From: Paludibacteraceae bacterium
GTDB lineage: Bacteria > Bacteroidota > Bacteroidia > Bacteroidales > Paludibacteraceae
Length of the DNA stretch: 64,000 bases
Assembly (NCBI GenBank): GCA_017517845.1
Contig: JAFWXW010000027.1
Span: 17,076-81,075 of the forward strand
Reading direction: 5' to 3'
Part shown: in pieces, positions 1 through 8,796 of the stretch
How the letters are laid out: the number at the start of each line of letters is the position of its first letter
Position numbering within the stretch: position 1 is the first letter of the stretch
Notes under the pieces: model-generated
What the model was told of the DNA's origin: nothing
The model's database searches: none
What the model saw: the letters and a program-made list of their open reading frames with translations, nothing else
Translations under genes and position numbers: made by a program

Positions 1-10
1 ATTTTGTACA

Positions 11-283
11 TTGGTGGCAACCTTATGGCAATTCATTATCAAATTAAGTGCAAACAAAGGTTCTGCTATTAAAACAGTTGTATCATTTAGTTTAGTTGCA
101 GTTATATTAATCGTTTCTTATTTCGTTTCTTCTGGCGAAGAAATTACTTTAATAGGTGATGGTTCTGTAGTTGGCGAAGATACAGTACGTATAGTAGATA
201 TGTTGATTTACACAATCTATGTACAAAGTGTAGTAGCTATTTTGTTAATGATTTTTGGTCCTTTGGCTAAAAAAATAAAATAA
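11..283 (+). CDS. small membrane protein, probably 5' truncated by the window edge
   Basis: Frame stays open back to base 2; hydrophobic helices VVSFSLVAVILIVSYFV and VVAILLMIFGPLA; directly upstream of the exbD pair; family not recognised. Confidence 0.3.
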   Translation: MVATLWQFIIKLSANKGSAIKTVVSFSLVAVILIVSYFVSSGEEITLIGDGSVVGEDTVRIVDMLIYTIYVQSVVAILLMIFGPLAKKIK

Positions 284-290
284 TATCACT

Positions 291-881
291 ATGGGAAAAG
301 TTAAACGTGAAGTACCTGAATTAAATTCAAGTTCAACGGCGGATATAGCATTCTTGTTGTTGGTATTCTTCTTGATGACCACCTCTATGGCGGTAAATAA
401 AGGTCTAGCACGTCGTCTTCCTCCTCCTGTTCCAGCTGAGCAAAAAACTGAGGACTTAAAGGTGAAAGAACGTAACGTATTCGTAGTGTTAATCAATAGT
501 AACGACCAATTACTAGTACAAGGCGAATATACAGACGTAGCTGAACTTAAAGAAAAGGCAAAGGAATTTATCAAAAACGAAGATAATGCTGAAAATCTAC
601 CTGAGAAAGAAGTAATAGAGGTGGACTATTTTGGCAATGTGTCAGTAACTAAAAATCACGTAATTTCATTACAAAATGACCGTGGAACATCATATTCTGC
701 ATATATTGAAGTGCAAAATGAATTAGTTGCGGCATATAATGAATTGCGTAATGATTTAGCGAAAGCAAAATTTGCTAAAACTTATGATGAATTGCAAGAA
801 GATCAACAAAAAGCAATTCAAAAGATATATCCACAAAAGATTTCAGAAGCAGAACCTAAAAACTACGGAGGAAAAAAATAA
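291..881 (+). CDS. exbD: biopolymer transporter ExbD/TolR family
   Basis: N-terminal TADIAFLLLVFFLMTTSM single TM helix typical of ExbD/TolR; TAATG stop/start overlap with next gene at 879-883. Confidence 0.8.
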   Translation: MGKVKREVPELNSSSTADIAFLLLVFFLMTTSMAVNKGLARRLPPPVPAEQKTEDLKVKERNVFVVLINSNDQLLVQGEYTDVAELKEKAKEFIKNEDNAENLPEKEVIEVDYFGNVSVTKNHVISLQNDRGTSYSAYIEVQNELVAAYNELRNDLAKAKFAKTYDELQEDQQKAIQKIYPQKISEAEPKNYGGKK

Positions 882-1360
882 TGGGAAGATTTAGAGCTAA
901 TTCATCTTCTTCGGGTACCCCAAAGATAAGTACAGCTTCGCTACCCGATATTGTGTTCATGCTGTTGTTCTTCTTTATGATTGCAACAACCATGAAAGAA
1001 GTAGATTTTAAAGTAGGCGTAACAATGCCAGAAGCAACTGAATTACAAAAACTTGAGAAAAAAACTCTAGTTCGTAATATTTACGTTGGTAAACCATTAG
1101 CTACTTTTAGAGCTCAATATGGTACAGAACCACGTATTCAGTTGGATGACGCTTTTGCCGAAATTAATCAAATAGAAAACTATGTAGTTTCTGAACGTTC
1201 TGCAATGCCTGAACATGAACAAGATTTATTGACTATATGCTTAAAAGTAGATAAAGATACAAAAATGGGTATCGTAACTGATATTAAACAAGCACTACGT
1301 AGAGCATATGCATTAAAACTTAATTATGCGGCAACACAACGTGCAAATGAAAATCTTTAA
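881..1360 (+). CDS. exbD: biopolymer transporter ExbD/TolR family (second copy)
   Basis: LPDIVFMLLFFFMIATTM signature helix; tandem with previous ExbD; followed by hairpin terminator. Confidence 0.8.
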   Translation: MGRFRANSSSSGTPKISTASLPDIVFMLLFFFMIATTMKEVDFKVGVTMPEATELQKLEKKTLVRNIYVGKPLATFRAQYGTEPRIQLDDAFAEINQIENYVVSERSAMPEHEQDLLTICLKVDKDTKMGIVTDIKQALRRAYALKLNYAATQRANENL

Positions 1361-1380
1361 TTCATAATACACTATCATTT

Positions 1381-1414
1381 AATAGGGCGACTTTAGAGTT
1401 GCCCTATTATTTTG
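1381..1414 (+). terminator. intrinsic terminator after exbD pair
   Basis: AATAGGGC-12 nt-GCCCTATT hairpin followed by ATTTTG. Confidence 0.5.
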
Positions 1415-1423
1415 TAATACCTA

Positions 1424-3079
1424 ATGAAAAACAATTTTTTATTTTTATTAATTTTATTTAGTGCCTCAATCACTGCACAAGTTCCCAATCATTTAATTTC
1501 TCCTGTAGATATTCCAGTTACATTAAGTGCTAGTTTCGGGGAATTAAGACCCAATCATTTCCATTCTGGTATAGACATAAAGACACAACAACAAATTGGT
1601 CTTCCTATGTATAGCATAGATGATGGTTATGTTTGGCGTATATCTATCTCACCTGGTGGATATGGAAATTGTCTTTACTTAAAACACAAAGATGTTATTT
1701 CTGTTTATGCTCACCTAGATAGATTTACTCCAGAGATAACAGAGTGGATAAGGGATTATCAGTATAAGAATAAAACATTCTCTATTGACGCTTATTTACA
1801 GCCAAATGAGATTCCTGTAAAGCAGGGTGATTTGGTGGCTTGGGGTGGAAATTCTGGCTCCTCTGGTGGACCTCATCTCCACTTTGAGATAAGAGACACC
1901 ACTGGTGTGTATGTATATGACGCACAGCCTTTGTACAATGTATATGATAATGTATATCCTCGTTTCAAGAATATTGCCATAAATCCTGTTTCTGGACTAG
2001 GTGTTGTGGACAATTCCTACACATATAAAATGTATGGAGTAAAAAGAACTGGAACAGGTAAATATGTGGCTAATAAAATTAAAGCATGGGGAAAAATTGG
2101 AATAGAAGTTAAAGCTTTTGATTATATGACAGGTCAAAACAACTTCTATGGTGTTAAGTCTTTGAAACTATTAGTAGATGATAAACTTACCTTTAGTTAT
2201 ATCATGGATAAATTTTCATTAGAAGATACTAGATATATCAACTCATTTATTAATTATGGTCAGTGGCAAAAGACTAGAGATACATTTATGAGATGTTATC
2301 TGCTACCCAACAATCCATTACCATTTTTTACCTCTTATAATAAGGGCTATTTGGATATAAATGAAGAAAAAGATTATAAAGTAAAAATCTTGATATCCGA
2401 TGTGGTAGGAAATACATCAGAACTTAACTTTACCATTCAAGGTGTGAAACAAGATATTCCATTAATGTTAAATGATAGTGGAACATACGTAGATTATAGA
2501 CTTCCTGCATTGATAGAAGGCAAAGGATATGGAATGGTGATCCCAAAAGGAAGTTTATATGACAATGTGTATTTTGACCATGGAGTGAAATTTGATAGCA
2601 CTTTGAATTCTAATATTTACAAACTACATTATTTAACTGAACCTCTACAAAAACACGTTAAGTTATTTATAAAGTTGCCCAATGATACTATACCTGCCGA
2701 TAAGCATTATGTAGCTCGTTGTGGAAGGAGAGGGGATTGGAATTCAGTTTCTACCAAATTATATAATGATAGTATTCTGCAAGTAAATACCAACTCACTT
2801 GGTGATTTTACTGTAAAAGTAGATACTGTGCCTCCTATTATAAGACCGCAGTCTCGCACATCTTCTAGAATTTTATTAAAAATATCAGACAAAGAGAGTG
2901 GTGTGAATAGATATGAAAGCTTTATAAATGGAGAATGGGTTCTTTTTGAACAAGACTTCTATGGTAGAGTTTCTTATAAATTGGATAAGAAAAGACTAAA
3001 AACCAAACGCCCATATAACCTAGAGTTTCGTGTTTACGACAACTGCGGAAATATGAGCGAATATAAGTTACGTTGGTAA
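1424..3079 (+). CDS. M23 family metallopeptidase with signal peptide
   Basis: Zn-ligand motifs HFHSGIDI (HxxxD) and GNSGSSGGPHLHFEI (HxH); N-terminal signal sequence. Confidence 0.85.
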   Translation: MKNNFLFLLILFSASITAQVPNHLISPVDIPVTLSASFGELRPNHFHSGIDIKTQQQIGLPMYSIDDGYVWRISISPGGYGNCLYLKHKDVISVYAHLDRFTPEITEWIRDYQYKNKTFSIDAYLQPNEIPVKQGDLVAWGGNSGSSGGPHLHFEIRDTTGVYVYDAQPLYNVYDNVYPRFKNIAINPVSGLGVVDNSYTYKMYGVKRTGTGKYVANKIKAWGKIGIEVKAFDYMTGQNNFYGVKSLKLLVDDKLTFSYIMDKFSLEDTRYINSFINYGQWQKTRDTFMRCYLLPNNPLPFFTSYNKGYLDINEEKDYKVKILISDVVGNTSELNFTIQGVKQDIPLMLNDSGTYVDYRLPALIEGKGYGMVIPKGSLYDNVYFDHGVKFDSTLNSNIYKLHYLTEPLQKHVKLFIKLPNDTIPADKHYVARCGRRGDWNSVSTKLYNDSILQVNTNSLGDFTVKVDTVPPIIRPQSRTSSRILLKISDKESGVNRYESFINGEWVLFEQDFYGRVSYKLDKKRLKTKRPYNLEFRVYDNCGNMSEYKLRW

Positions 3080-3424
3080 TTATAGTTTAACACAAACTTG
3101 TGTAACTTGCCCTCCAAGTGGAGGGTTAAGTTTACAGAGTTTTACTTCTGCTTCTATAATTTCTGGATATTCTTTTAGTACAGCTTGTTTTATTCTGTAT
3201 GCCACGTTTTCTATCAAATGAGATGGTTTGTCCATCTCTTTTTTTATGGTTTGATACACAGAAAGGTAACTTACTGCTCTTGTTATATCATCTGTTTCTA
3301 TTGCCTCGGTGGCATCGTATTTCATACGTAAAGAAACAGTAAAGTAAGTGCCCACCTTTTGCTCTAGGTCATAACACCCATGATGGGCATAAAACTGCAT
3401 ATCGTTTATTTCTATTTCTACCAT
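3080..3424 (-). CDS. folB: dihydroneopterin aldolase
   Basis: 114 aa, FYAHHGCYDLEQKVGTYF core typical of FolB. Confidence 0.8.
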   Translation of the reverse strand: MVEIEINDMQFYAHHGCYDLEQKVGTYFTVSLRMKYDATEAIETDDITRAVSYLSVYQTIKKEMDKPSHLIENVAYRIKQAVLKEYPEIIEAEVKLCKLNPPLGGQVTQVCVKL

Positions 3425-3426
3425 TA

Positions 3427-4167
3427 TTACATATTTAAACCGCCACAGCAGTTGATTACTTGACCAGATACGTAAGAAGACATATCAGAAGCTAAGAATA
3501 CAGCCACTCCAGCCACATCTTCTACTTTTCCTTCTCTATGTAATGGAATATTTAAAATCCATTGTTTTTTCATATCTTCATTTAATACGCCTGTCATTTC
3601 TGTAGCAATAAAGCCTGGGGCAATAGCATTAACTCTAATATTTCTGCCGCCTAGTTCTTTGGCAACAGACTTTGTTAAACCTATCAAACCAGCTTTTGAA
3701 GCAGCATAGTTTGCTTGACCAGCGTTTCCACTAATGCCTACTATAGAAGTCATATTAATGACACTTCCAGAACGTTGTCTCATCATAATAGGGGTAACTG
3801 CATGAATGTAGTTAAATGCAGATTTAAGGTTGGTATTGATAACCATATCCCATTGTTCTTCTGTCATTCTCATCAACAGACCATCTTTGGTAATACCAGC
3901 ATTGTTTACCAAAACATCTATTCTACCAAAGTCTTTCATTATTTCTGCTACTACATCTGCTGCAGAAGAAAAACAAGCCGCATCAGAAGCGTATGCTTTT
4001 GCAATACCACCCATTGCGGTGATTTCATTAACTAATGACTCACTACGTTCGTCCAATTTTCTAACTGTAAATGCCACAGTGGCACCTTGTTTTGCAAATG
4101 CTAGGGCTATTCCTTTACCAATACCTTGTGCAGCCCCTGTAATAAGTGCTATTTTTCCTTTTAACAT
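3427..4167 (-). CDS. fabG: 3-oxoacyl-[ACP] reductase (SDR)
   Basis: TGAAQGIGKGIA Rossmann motif, NNAG, YAASKAG catalytic YxxxK; start moved to ATG at 4167 (MLKGKIALITGA), which removes the overlap with the upstream gene. Confidence 0.88.
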   Translation of the reverse strand: MLKGKIALITGAAQGIGKGIALAFAKQGATVAFTVRKLDERSESLVNEITAMGGIAKAYASDAACFSSAADVVAEIMKDFGRIDVLVNNAGITKDGLLMRMTEEQWDMVINTNLKSAFNYIHAVTPIMMRQRSGSVINMTSIVGISGNAGQANYAASKAGLIGLTKSVAKELGGRNIRVNAIAPGFIATEMTGVLNEDMKKQWILNIPLHREGKVEDVAGVAVFLASDMSSYVSGQVINCCGGLNM

Positions 4168-4169
4168 AA

Positions 4170-4931
4170 TTAATCTGCGTTTTTCCAAAATGGAGCCAAT
4201 TCTCTGAATCTCTCCATTTGTTGTTTATCAATTGTAAATGTTCTAATTTCTTCTTTATTATCTTCCAATCTACCTAATACTTTCCCTTTGTGGTCAATAC
4301 ATACAGAACCGCCTTGGTATCTTAAGTGATTATTGTCTTTTCCCACTCTGTTGCACGCACATACGTATGCTTGATTTTCTATGGCTCTGGCTGTGAGAAG
4401 TGTATCAAAAGCAAATTGTCTATTAACTGGCCATTCTGCCACTAATATCAACAAATCATATTTGAGGTCTTTATTTCTCAACCATACAGGGAAACGTAAG
4501 TCATAGCAGATGGCTAGGTTGATATTCCAACCCTCATAATTGAAAATAAGGGGTTTATTTCCAGCTGTAAAGATTCTTTCTTCACCTCCCAAAAATAAGT
4601 GTCTTTTGTCATAGAAGAGTTTTTCTCCATTAGGAAAAACCACAAACCCTCTATTGTAGTAACACCCATTTTCTTCTGCTATAAAACTTCCTACAAAAAG
4701 AGAATTATATTCTTTAGCCCATCTGCTCACCGTTTTCATAGTAAATCCGTCATTTCTCTCGGCTAGTTGTGGAGCTGAGATACTAAATGCTGTAGTAAAC
4801 ATTTCGGGAAGAACCACTATGTCTGTTTCTGGAAGGTCTTTTATAAGTTCTTCCACGTGATTTAGGTTTGCATTAATATCTTCCCAAATCACATCAGATT
4901 GGACTAAACTAATATTTAAACTCTCTTTCAC
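4170..4931 (-). CDS. carbon-nitrogen hydrolase (nitrilase superfamily amidohydrolase, YafV-like)
   Basis: E-K-C triad contexts VVLPEMF, YDKRHLF, LAICYDLRFP. Confidence 0.8.
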   Translation of the reverse strand: MKESLNISLVQSDVIWEDINANLNHVEELIKDLPETDIVVLPEMFTTAFSISAPQLAERNDGFTMKTVSRWAKEYNSLFVGSFIAEENGCYYNRGFVVFPNGEKLFYDKRHLFLGGEERIFTAGNKPLIFNYEGWNINLAICYDLRFPVWLRNKDLKYDLLILVAEWPVNRQFAFDTLLTARAIENQAYVCACNRVGKDNNHLRYQGGSVCIDHKGKVLGRLEDNKEEIRTFTIDKQQMERFRELAPFWKNAD

Positions 4932-5482
4932 GCTAAACCTAGGTCAAATAATTCTGGATATTTGGCATTTATGCCTAGATATTTTTCCTTGATGTACTTA
5001 ATATCACGTTCTTCATCACCAGTAGGTCTAAATAATTCTAATATTATAGCCTTCTTTTCTTTGAAGTCTAAACCTACCAATAGAATAGGAATATTTGCCT
5101 TTCTAGCAATGTGATAGAATCCCATTTTCCAGTCTGGGTTTGCCTTACGGGTGCCTTCTGGAGTGATGGCTAGGTGCAATTCCTTGGCTTTTTTAAATTG
5201 TTCTGCTAGTTTGTCGGTCAATGAAGTTCTTTTGTCACGAGCCACACCTATAGCACCGTGAAGTTTAAGCCACCAACCCACTAGGATATTATCAACCCAT
5301 TCTTTTTTTATAAGAAATGAAGTCTTTTTGCCAAGAGAACCGTATGCTATTTTTCCTATAAAGAAATCCCAATTAGAAGTATGTGGAGCTACACAAATAA
5401 CTAATTTCTTATCCTTAGGAAGTACTCCTTCTATCTTCCAAGAAGAAAGTCTCATAAGGAGTTTATATATTTTTTGTTTCAT
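4928..5482 (-). CDS. 1-acyl-sn-glycerol-3-phosphate acyltransferase-like (PlsC family)
   Basis: HX4D motif HTSNWDF and ITPEGTR block. Confidence 0.75.
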   Translation of the reverse strand: MKQKIYKLLMRLSSWKIEGVLPKDKKLVICVAPHTSNWDFFIGKIAYGSLGKKTSFLIKKEWVDNILVGWWLKLHGAIGVARDKRTSLTDKLAEQFKKAKELHLAITPEGTRKANPDWKMGFYHIARKANIPILLVGLDFKEKKAIILELFRPTGDEERDIKYIKEKYLGINAKYPELFDLGLA

Positions 5483-5766
5483 TATTTATACAATTCTTCT
5501 AATTCTTTGCTAATACCCATTACATCATTTAATAGGTCTTGACCTAGTTTTTTGTAATAAGCCTTAACTAATTTTGGGTTGTCTTTACCGTCAGGTTTTC
5601 CTGTACGAATAATGAAGTCGTTACTACTTAAGAAAATCTTATTAAATAAAACTTCTATTTTGTCATGATTTTCTTTTGGACTAATAATAGATAATTTGAA
5701 GCATTCTGTAAGAAGTTCAGAATACAAGTAATTAATATCTTTCTTTAATGCTCTTCTACTTGCCAT
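5482..5766 (-). CDS. hypothetical protein
   Basis: 94-aa ORF, start/stop coupled to downstream acyltransferase gene; no family recognised. Confidence 0.45.
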   Translation of the reverse strand: MASRRALKKDINYLYSELLTECFKLSIISPKENHDKIEVLFNKIFLSSNDFIIRTGKPDGKDNPKLVKAYYKKLGQDLLNDVMGISKELEELYK

Positions 5767-5834
5767 AACTATAAAAATTTAAAATTATAATACAAATATA
5801 GTGCTTTTTTTACGTAAAAACGCAATCAAATTCT

Positions 5835-5842
5835 TATTTTTG
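5835..5842 (+). promoter_or_regulatory. Bacteroidota-type -7 box (TAnnTTTG)
   Basis: TATTTTTG 35 nt upstream of ATG 5877; lies too close to GTG 5862 for that to be the start. Confidence 0.4.
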
Positions 5843-5876
5843 CACAAAAAAGGACAATAGTGTGCAAAAAACTGAT

Positions 5877-7316
5877 ATGATAAAAAAAATATTCACCATA
5901 ATAATATTTGTAAACGTTTTAGTTTTATCTTTCGTTTCATGTGAAGAAGATAAGATAAGTACCGATACTTCTTTAATGTTAAACTTCTCTGCAGATACAG
6001 TTCGTTTCGATACTATATTTACTGCTCAGGGCTCTGCGACATATAAATTGAAGGTGTATAATCCTTCTAATAATAGAGTATTGATAGAGAGAATTACACT
6101 TAACGAAGCACAAAATTATAAAATGAGTGTATCTGGTATCTCAGAAGATGTGGTAAATGACACTTATCTCAATGCTCATGATAGTCTAATGATTTTTATT
6201 CAGGTATTTATAGACCCAAATGATGATAAAAATCCTTTTATTGTAAGAGATAGCATAGATTTCTTCTTTAATAATCACACGCAGGTGCTTCAGTTGGAGG
6301 CGTATGGTAGAAATGTGAAGCGTTTCAAAAATAAAACCATCTCTGCAGATACCATAATAACATCAGAAATCCCTATTTTACTTTCTGATACCCTAAAGAT
6401 TCTAGAAGGCACAACACTGACTTTGTCTCCAGGAACTAGACTCTATTGTCAAAAAGGTGCTGTAATCCTTGTGGAAGGAACATTAATTTCTGAGGGTACA
6501 ATGGAGTCAATGGTAGAGATAAGAGGTGATAGAGACGACTATATGAATACTATTCCGCCTTTAAGTTATGACCAAGCTTCTGGTCAATGGGGTGGTATAA
6601 GAATAGCAAAAAATAGTTTTGGTAATATTCTTAATCACACAGATGTGAGAAATGCAGACTTTGGTATAGTTATAGATTCTACCAATACAGAAAATTCCAA
6701 ACTTATAGTAAAAAATTCTATCCTTAGAAATATGCTTTATAATGTAATTCACTGTATAAATGCAAAGGTGGAGATTTATAATTCTCTTTTGTATAATGCA
6801 GGAGAAAATATCTTGAAACTCGAAGGTGGAAATTATAAAATTATACATTGTACCTTAACCAATAATTATTCTTTTTCTTGGGGTGGTAGAACAAAACAGA
6901 TTCTTTATTATTCCAACAAGTATATGGATGAAAACTTTAATTCTTATCCATTGGAGCTGAATGTAGAAATGATAAATAGTATAGTTTATGGAAATTATGC
7001 TTCTGAAATAGAATATAATATAGATGAGCAAACCCCATGTAAATATTTATTTAAGTCTTGTCATCTTAAGCAAAAACTCAAAGAAATAGATACATCTATT
7101 TATATAGATTGCATTCTAGATACTCCTGTAAAATTTGTTTATGATAAAATAAAAGATGATACATATAGAGTTTATGATTATCATCTAACAGCAGAATCTC
7201 CTGCTATAAGTAGGGCAGATGTAGAATATTCAAACCTTTTCCCATTAGATTTAGACGGAAAAGAAAGACTTTCTGATGGTTCTGCAGATATAGGTTGTTA
7301 CGAATATGTTCCATAA
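5877..7316 (+). CDS. lipoprotein, probable right-handed beta-helix repeat protein
   Basis: Lipobox LSFVSC after signal peptide starting at ATG 5877; repetitive N/I/G-rich turns (NSILRN, NSLLYN, HCTLTNN). Confidence 0.55.
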   Translation: MIKKIFTIIIFVNVLVLSFVSCEEDKISTDTSLMLNFSADTVRFDTIFTAQGSATYKLKVYNPSNNRVLIERITLNEAQNYKMSVSGISEDVVNDTYLNAHDSLMIFIQVFIDPNDDKNPFIVRDSIDFFFNNHTQVLQLEAYGRNVKRFKNKTISADTIITSEIPILLSDTLKILEGTTLTLSPGTRLYCQKGAVILVEGTLISEGTMESMVEIRGDRDDYMNTIPPLSYDQASGQWGGIRIAKNSFGNILNHTDVRNADFGIVIDSTNTENSKLIVKNSILRNMLYNVIHCINAKVEIYNSLLYNAGENILKLEGGNYKIIHCTLTNNYSFSWGGRTKQILYYSNKYMDENFNSYPLELNVEMINSIVYGNYASEIEYNIDEQTPCKYLFKSCHLKQKLKEIDTSIYIDCILDTPVKFVYDKIKDDTYRVYDYHLTAESPAISRADVEYSNLFPLDLDGKERLSDGSADIGCYEYVP

Positions 7317-7329
7317 AATCTAATACAAT

Positions 7330-8343
7330 ATGAGAAAACTAATAATTCTGTTCTTAATCTTTTATTGTTCAATAGGTTTTTCTACTCCAACATTTAGAAT
7401 TATGTTCTACAATGTAGAAAACTACTTTGATACCATAGATGACCCCGAAAAAAATGACAATGATTTTCTTCCAGATGGTAAGAAACATTGGACGTCGTCC
7501 AAAATGGAAGAAAAAAAGAATTCCATAGCTCGAGTTATTGCAACAGTAGGAGAGGGTAGTCCTCCAGCCATAGTAGGCTTATGTGAGGTAGAAAATGATT
7601 ATGTTTTGAAACTATTGACTCGATATTCTCCAATAAAGAAGTGGAAGTATAACTTTGTTCATTATGAGTCTCCAGATTCCAGAGGAATAGATGTGGCATT
7701 ACTTTATGATAAAACCCAATTTGAACTTATCTCTAGTAAATGTATTCCTATAATATTTTCCAAAGGTCGTTCCACTCGGGATATTCTTTATGTGTCTGGT
7801 AAAACAAATAATGGAATACTCCTACACGTGTTCGTTACTCACGCTCCTTCTAGAATAGGAGGAAAAAATAATTCAGAACCTCGTAGAGTAGCAGTGATGA
7901 GTATGATAAAACAGCATTGCGATAGCATTTTAGCAGTAAATTCCAATGCAAATATAGTTATTATGGGAGATTTTAATGATACGCCAGAGGATACAAGCAT
8001 TAGAGTAACATTAGGTGCAAAACCTTTAGTAGAACCTTTTTGTAATGATTCCTTATATAATATGCTTTATTCATTCGTAGGTAATCCCTATATTGGAACC
8101 CACAAACATCAGTCCCAGTGGAGTGTCTTGGATCAAATTATAGTTTCAGGAAACTTATTAAATACAGGTATGTTAAATCCTAATAGTGCTTATATTTTTA
8201 GAGCAGATTTCTTATTAGAAGAAGACAAAAGAAATATGAATGTTAGACCAAAACGTACTTATAATGGACTTAGGTATCAAGAAGGATACTCAGACCACCT
8301 CCCAGTGGTAATTAAGTTAGAAACTCAGTCGTTCATTCAATGA
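7330..8343 (+). CDS. endonuclease/exonuclease/phosphatase (EEP) family protein
   Basis: MGDFNDTPED and YSDHLPVVIKL catalytic motifs, signal peptide. Confidence 0.8.
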   Translation: MRKLIILFLIFYCSIGFSTPTFRIMFYNVENYFDTIDDPEKNDNDFLPDGKKHWTSSKMEEKKNSIARVIATVGEGSPPAIVGLCEVENDYVLKLLTRYSPIKKWKYNFVHYESPDSRGIDVALLYDKTQFELISSKCIPIIFSKGRSTRDILYVSGKTNNGILLHVFVTHAPSRIGGKNNSEPRRVAVMSMIKQHCDSILAVNSNANIVIMGDFNDTPEDTSIRVTLGAKPLVEPFCNDSLYNMLYSFVGNPYIGTHKHQSQWSVLDQIIVSGNLLNTGMLNPNSAYIFRADFLLEEDKRNMNVRPKRTYNGLRYQEGYSDHLPVVIKLETQSFIQ

Positions 8344-8421
8344 AATGTTATTTGCTACCAATTTTTTATATGGTTATAAGAAATTCTATTCTCTGTTATT
8401 GTTTTATTTTAGAATAAATGC

Positions 8422-8429
8422 TAATTTTG
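8422..8429 (+). promoter_or_regulatory. Bacteroidota-type -7 box (TAnnTTTG)
   Basis: TAATTTTG with TTG about 20 nt upstream; only such box seen between 8344 and the mod ATG. Confidence 0.35.
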
Positions 8430-8510
8430 CGTATATAAAGCTGAATTTATTCTTACCGAAGAATTCTTTTTTAAGACATATTAAAAGGCGTTTACTACGC
8501 TTTGGTTTTG

Positions 8511-8762
8511 ACACCTTGAAACTTCGCAACTTTCAATTTATCCGTCAAATACAAAGCAACGTGAATGTCTCATGGGTGTGTATTCTCATATCTACACGTA
8601 TCCATAGAGTAGGGACACTGCGTGCAGTGTCCGCTATAAGTTGGGTATATTGTGTACTATGATTACATATCGGCGTGAGGCTAATGCGTTGCTCGTTTCG
8701 ACGGATAGGGCAATGCGAAGGCCTCGAGGTGTGAAGCGAGCAACGAGCTTCACGCTTTTTTT
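8511..8762 (+). ncRNA. candidate structured RNA or terminator-containing leader upstream of mod
   Basis: Three-helix imperfect inverted repeat 8511-8561 / 8687-8732, internal 9-bp GC hairpin 8613-8632, terminal intrinsic terminator; locally elevated GC; the 105-aa ORF here has no coding character. Confidence 0.35.
8731..8762 (+). terminator. intrinsic terminator 34 nt before mod start codon
   Basis: GTGAAGC-9 nt-GCTTCAC stem followed by GC and T7. Confidence 0.6.
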
Positions 8763-8796
8763 ATGTCCATTTCTGAAATTTTAGAAAAAACAAGAT

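Noticed and set aside
3715-4207. Antisense ORFs inside fabG (3715-4035, 3830-4207), and similar ones opposite fabF-acpP (25703-26105), meaB (35899-36237), ileS and nadE-galE
   Set aside because: They lie opposite strongly supported conserved genes and have no motifs. Such shadow ORFs are expected opposite the relatively GC-richer conserved genes.
8345-8662. 105-aa ORF (MLFATNFLYGYKKF...) predicted in the EEP-mod spacer
   Set aside because: It has a low-complexity, F/L/R-rich composition and no recognisable family. It spans the promoter box and the structured inverted-repeat region, so it reads more plausibly as non-coding sequence.
8511-8732. Invertible promoter (inverton) or MITE explanation for the 50-nt inverted repeat upstream of mod
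   Set aside because: The arms are only patchily complementary (perfect runs of 6-9 bp). No TAnnTTTG box lies between them in either orientation. There is no recombinase nearby and no target-site duplication at the ends. The pattern looks more like RNA helices with internal loops.
8511-8762. Assigning the structured element to 6S RNA or a retron msr-msd
   Set aside because: A rod-like shape alone is not diagnostic. I cannot verify the 6S central-bubble features by eye, and there is no reverse transcriptase gene anywhere in the window. It is left as an unclassified candidate.
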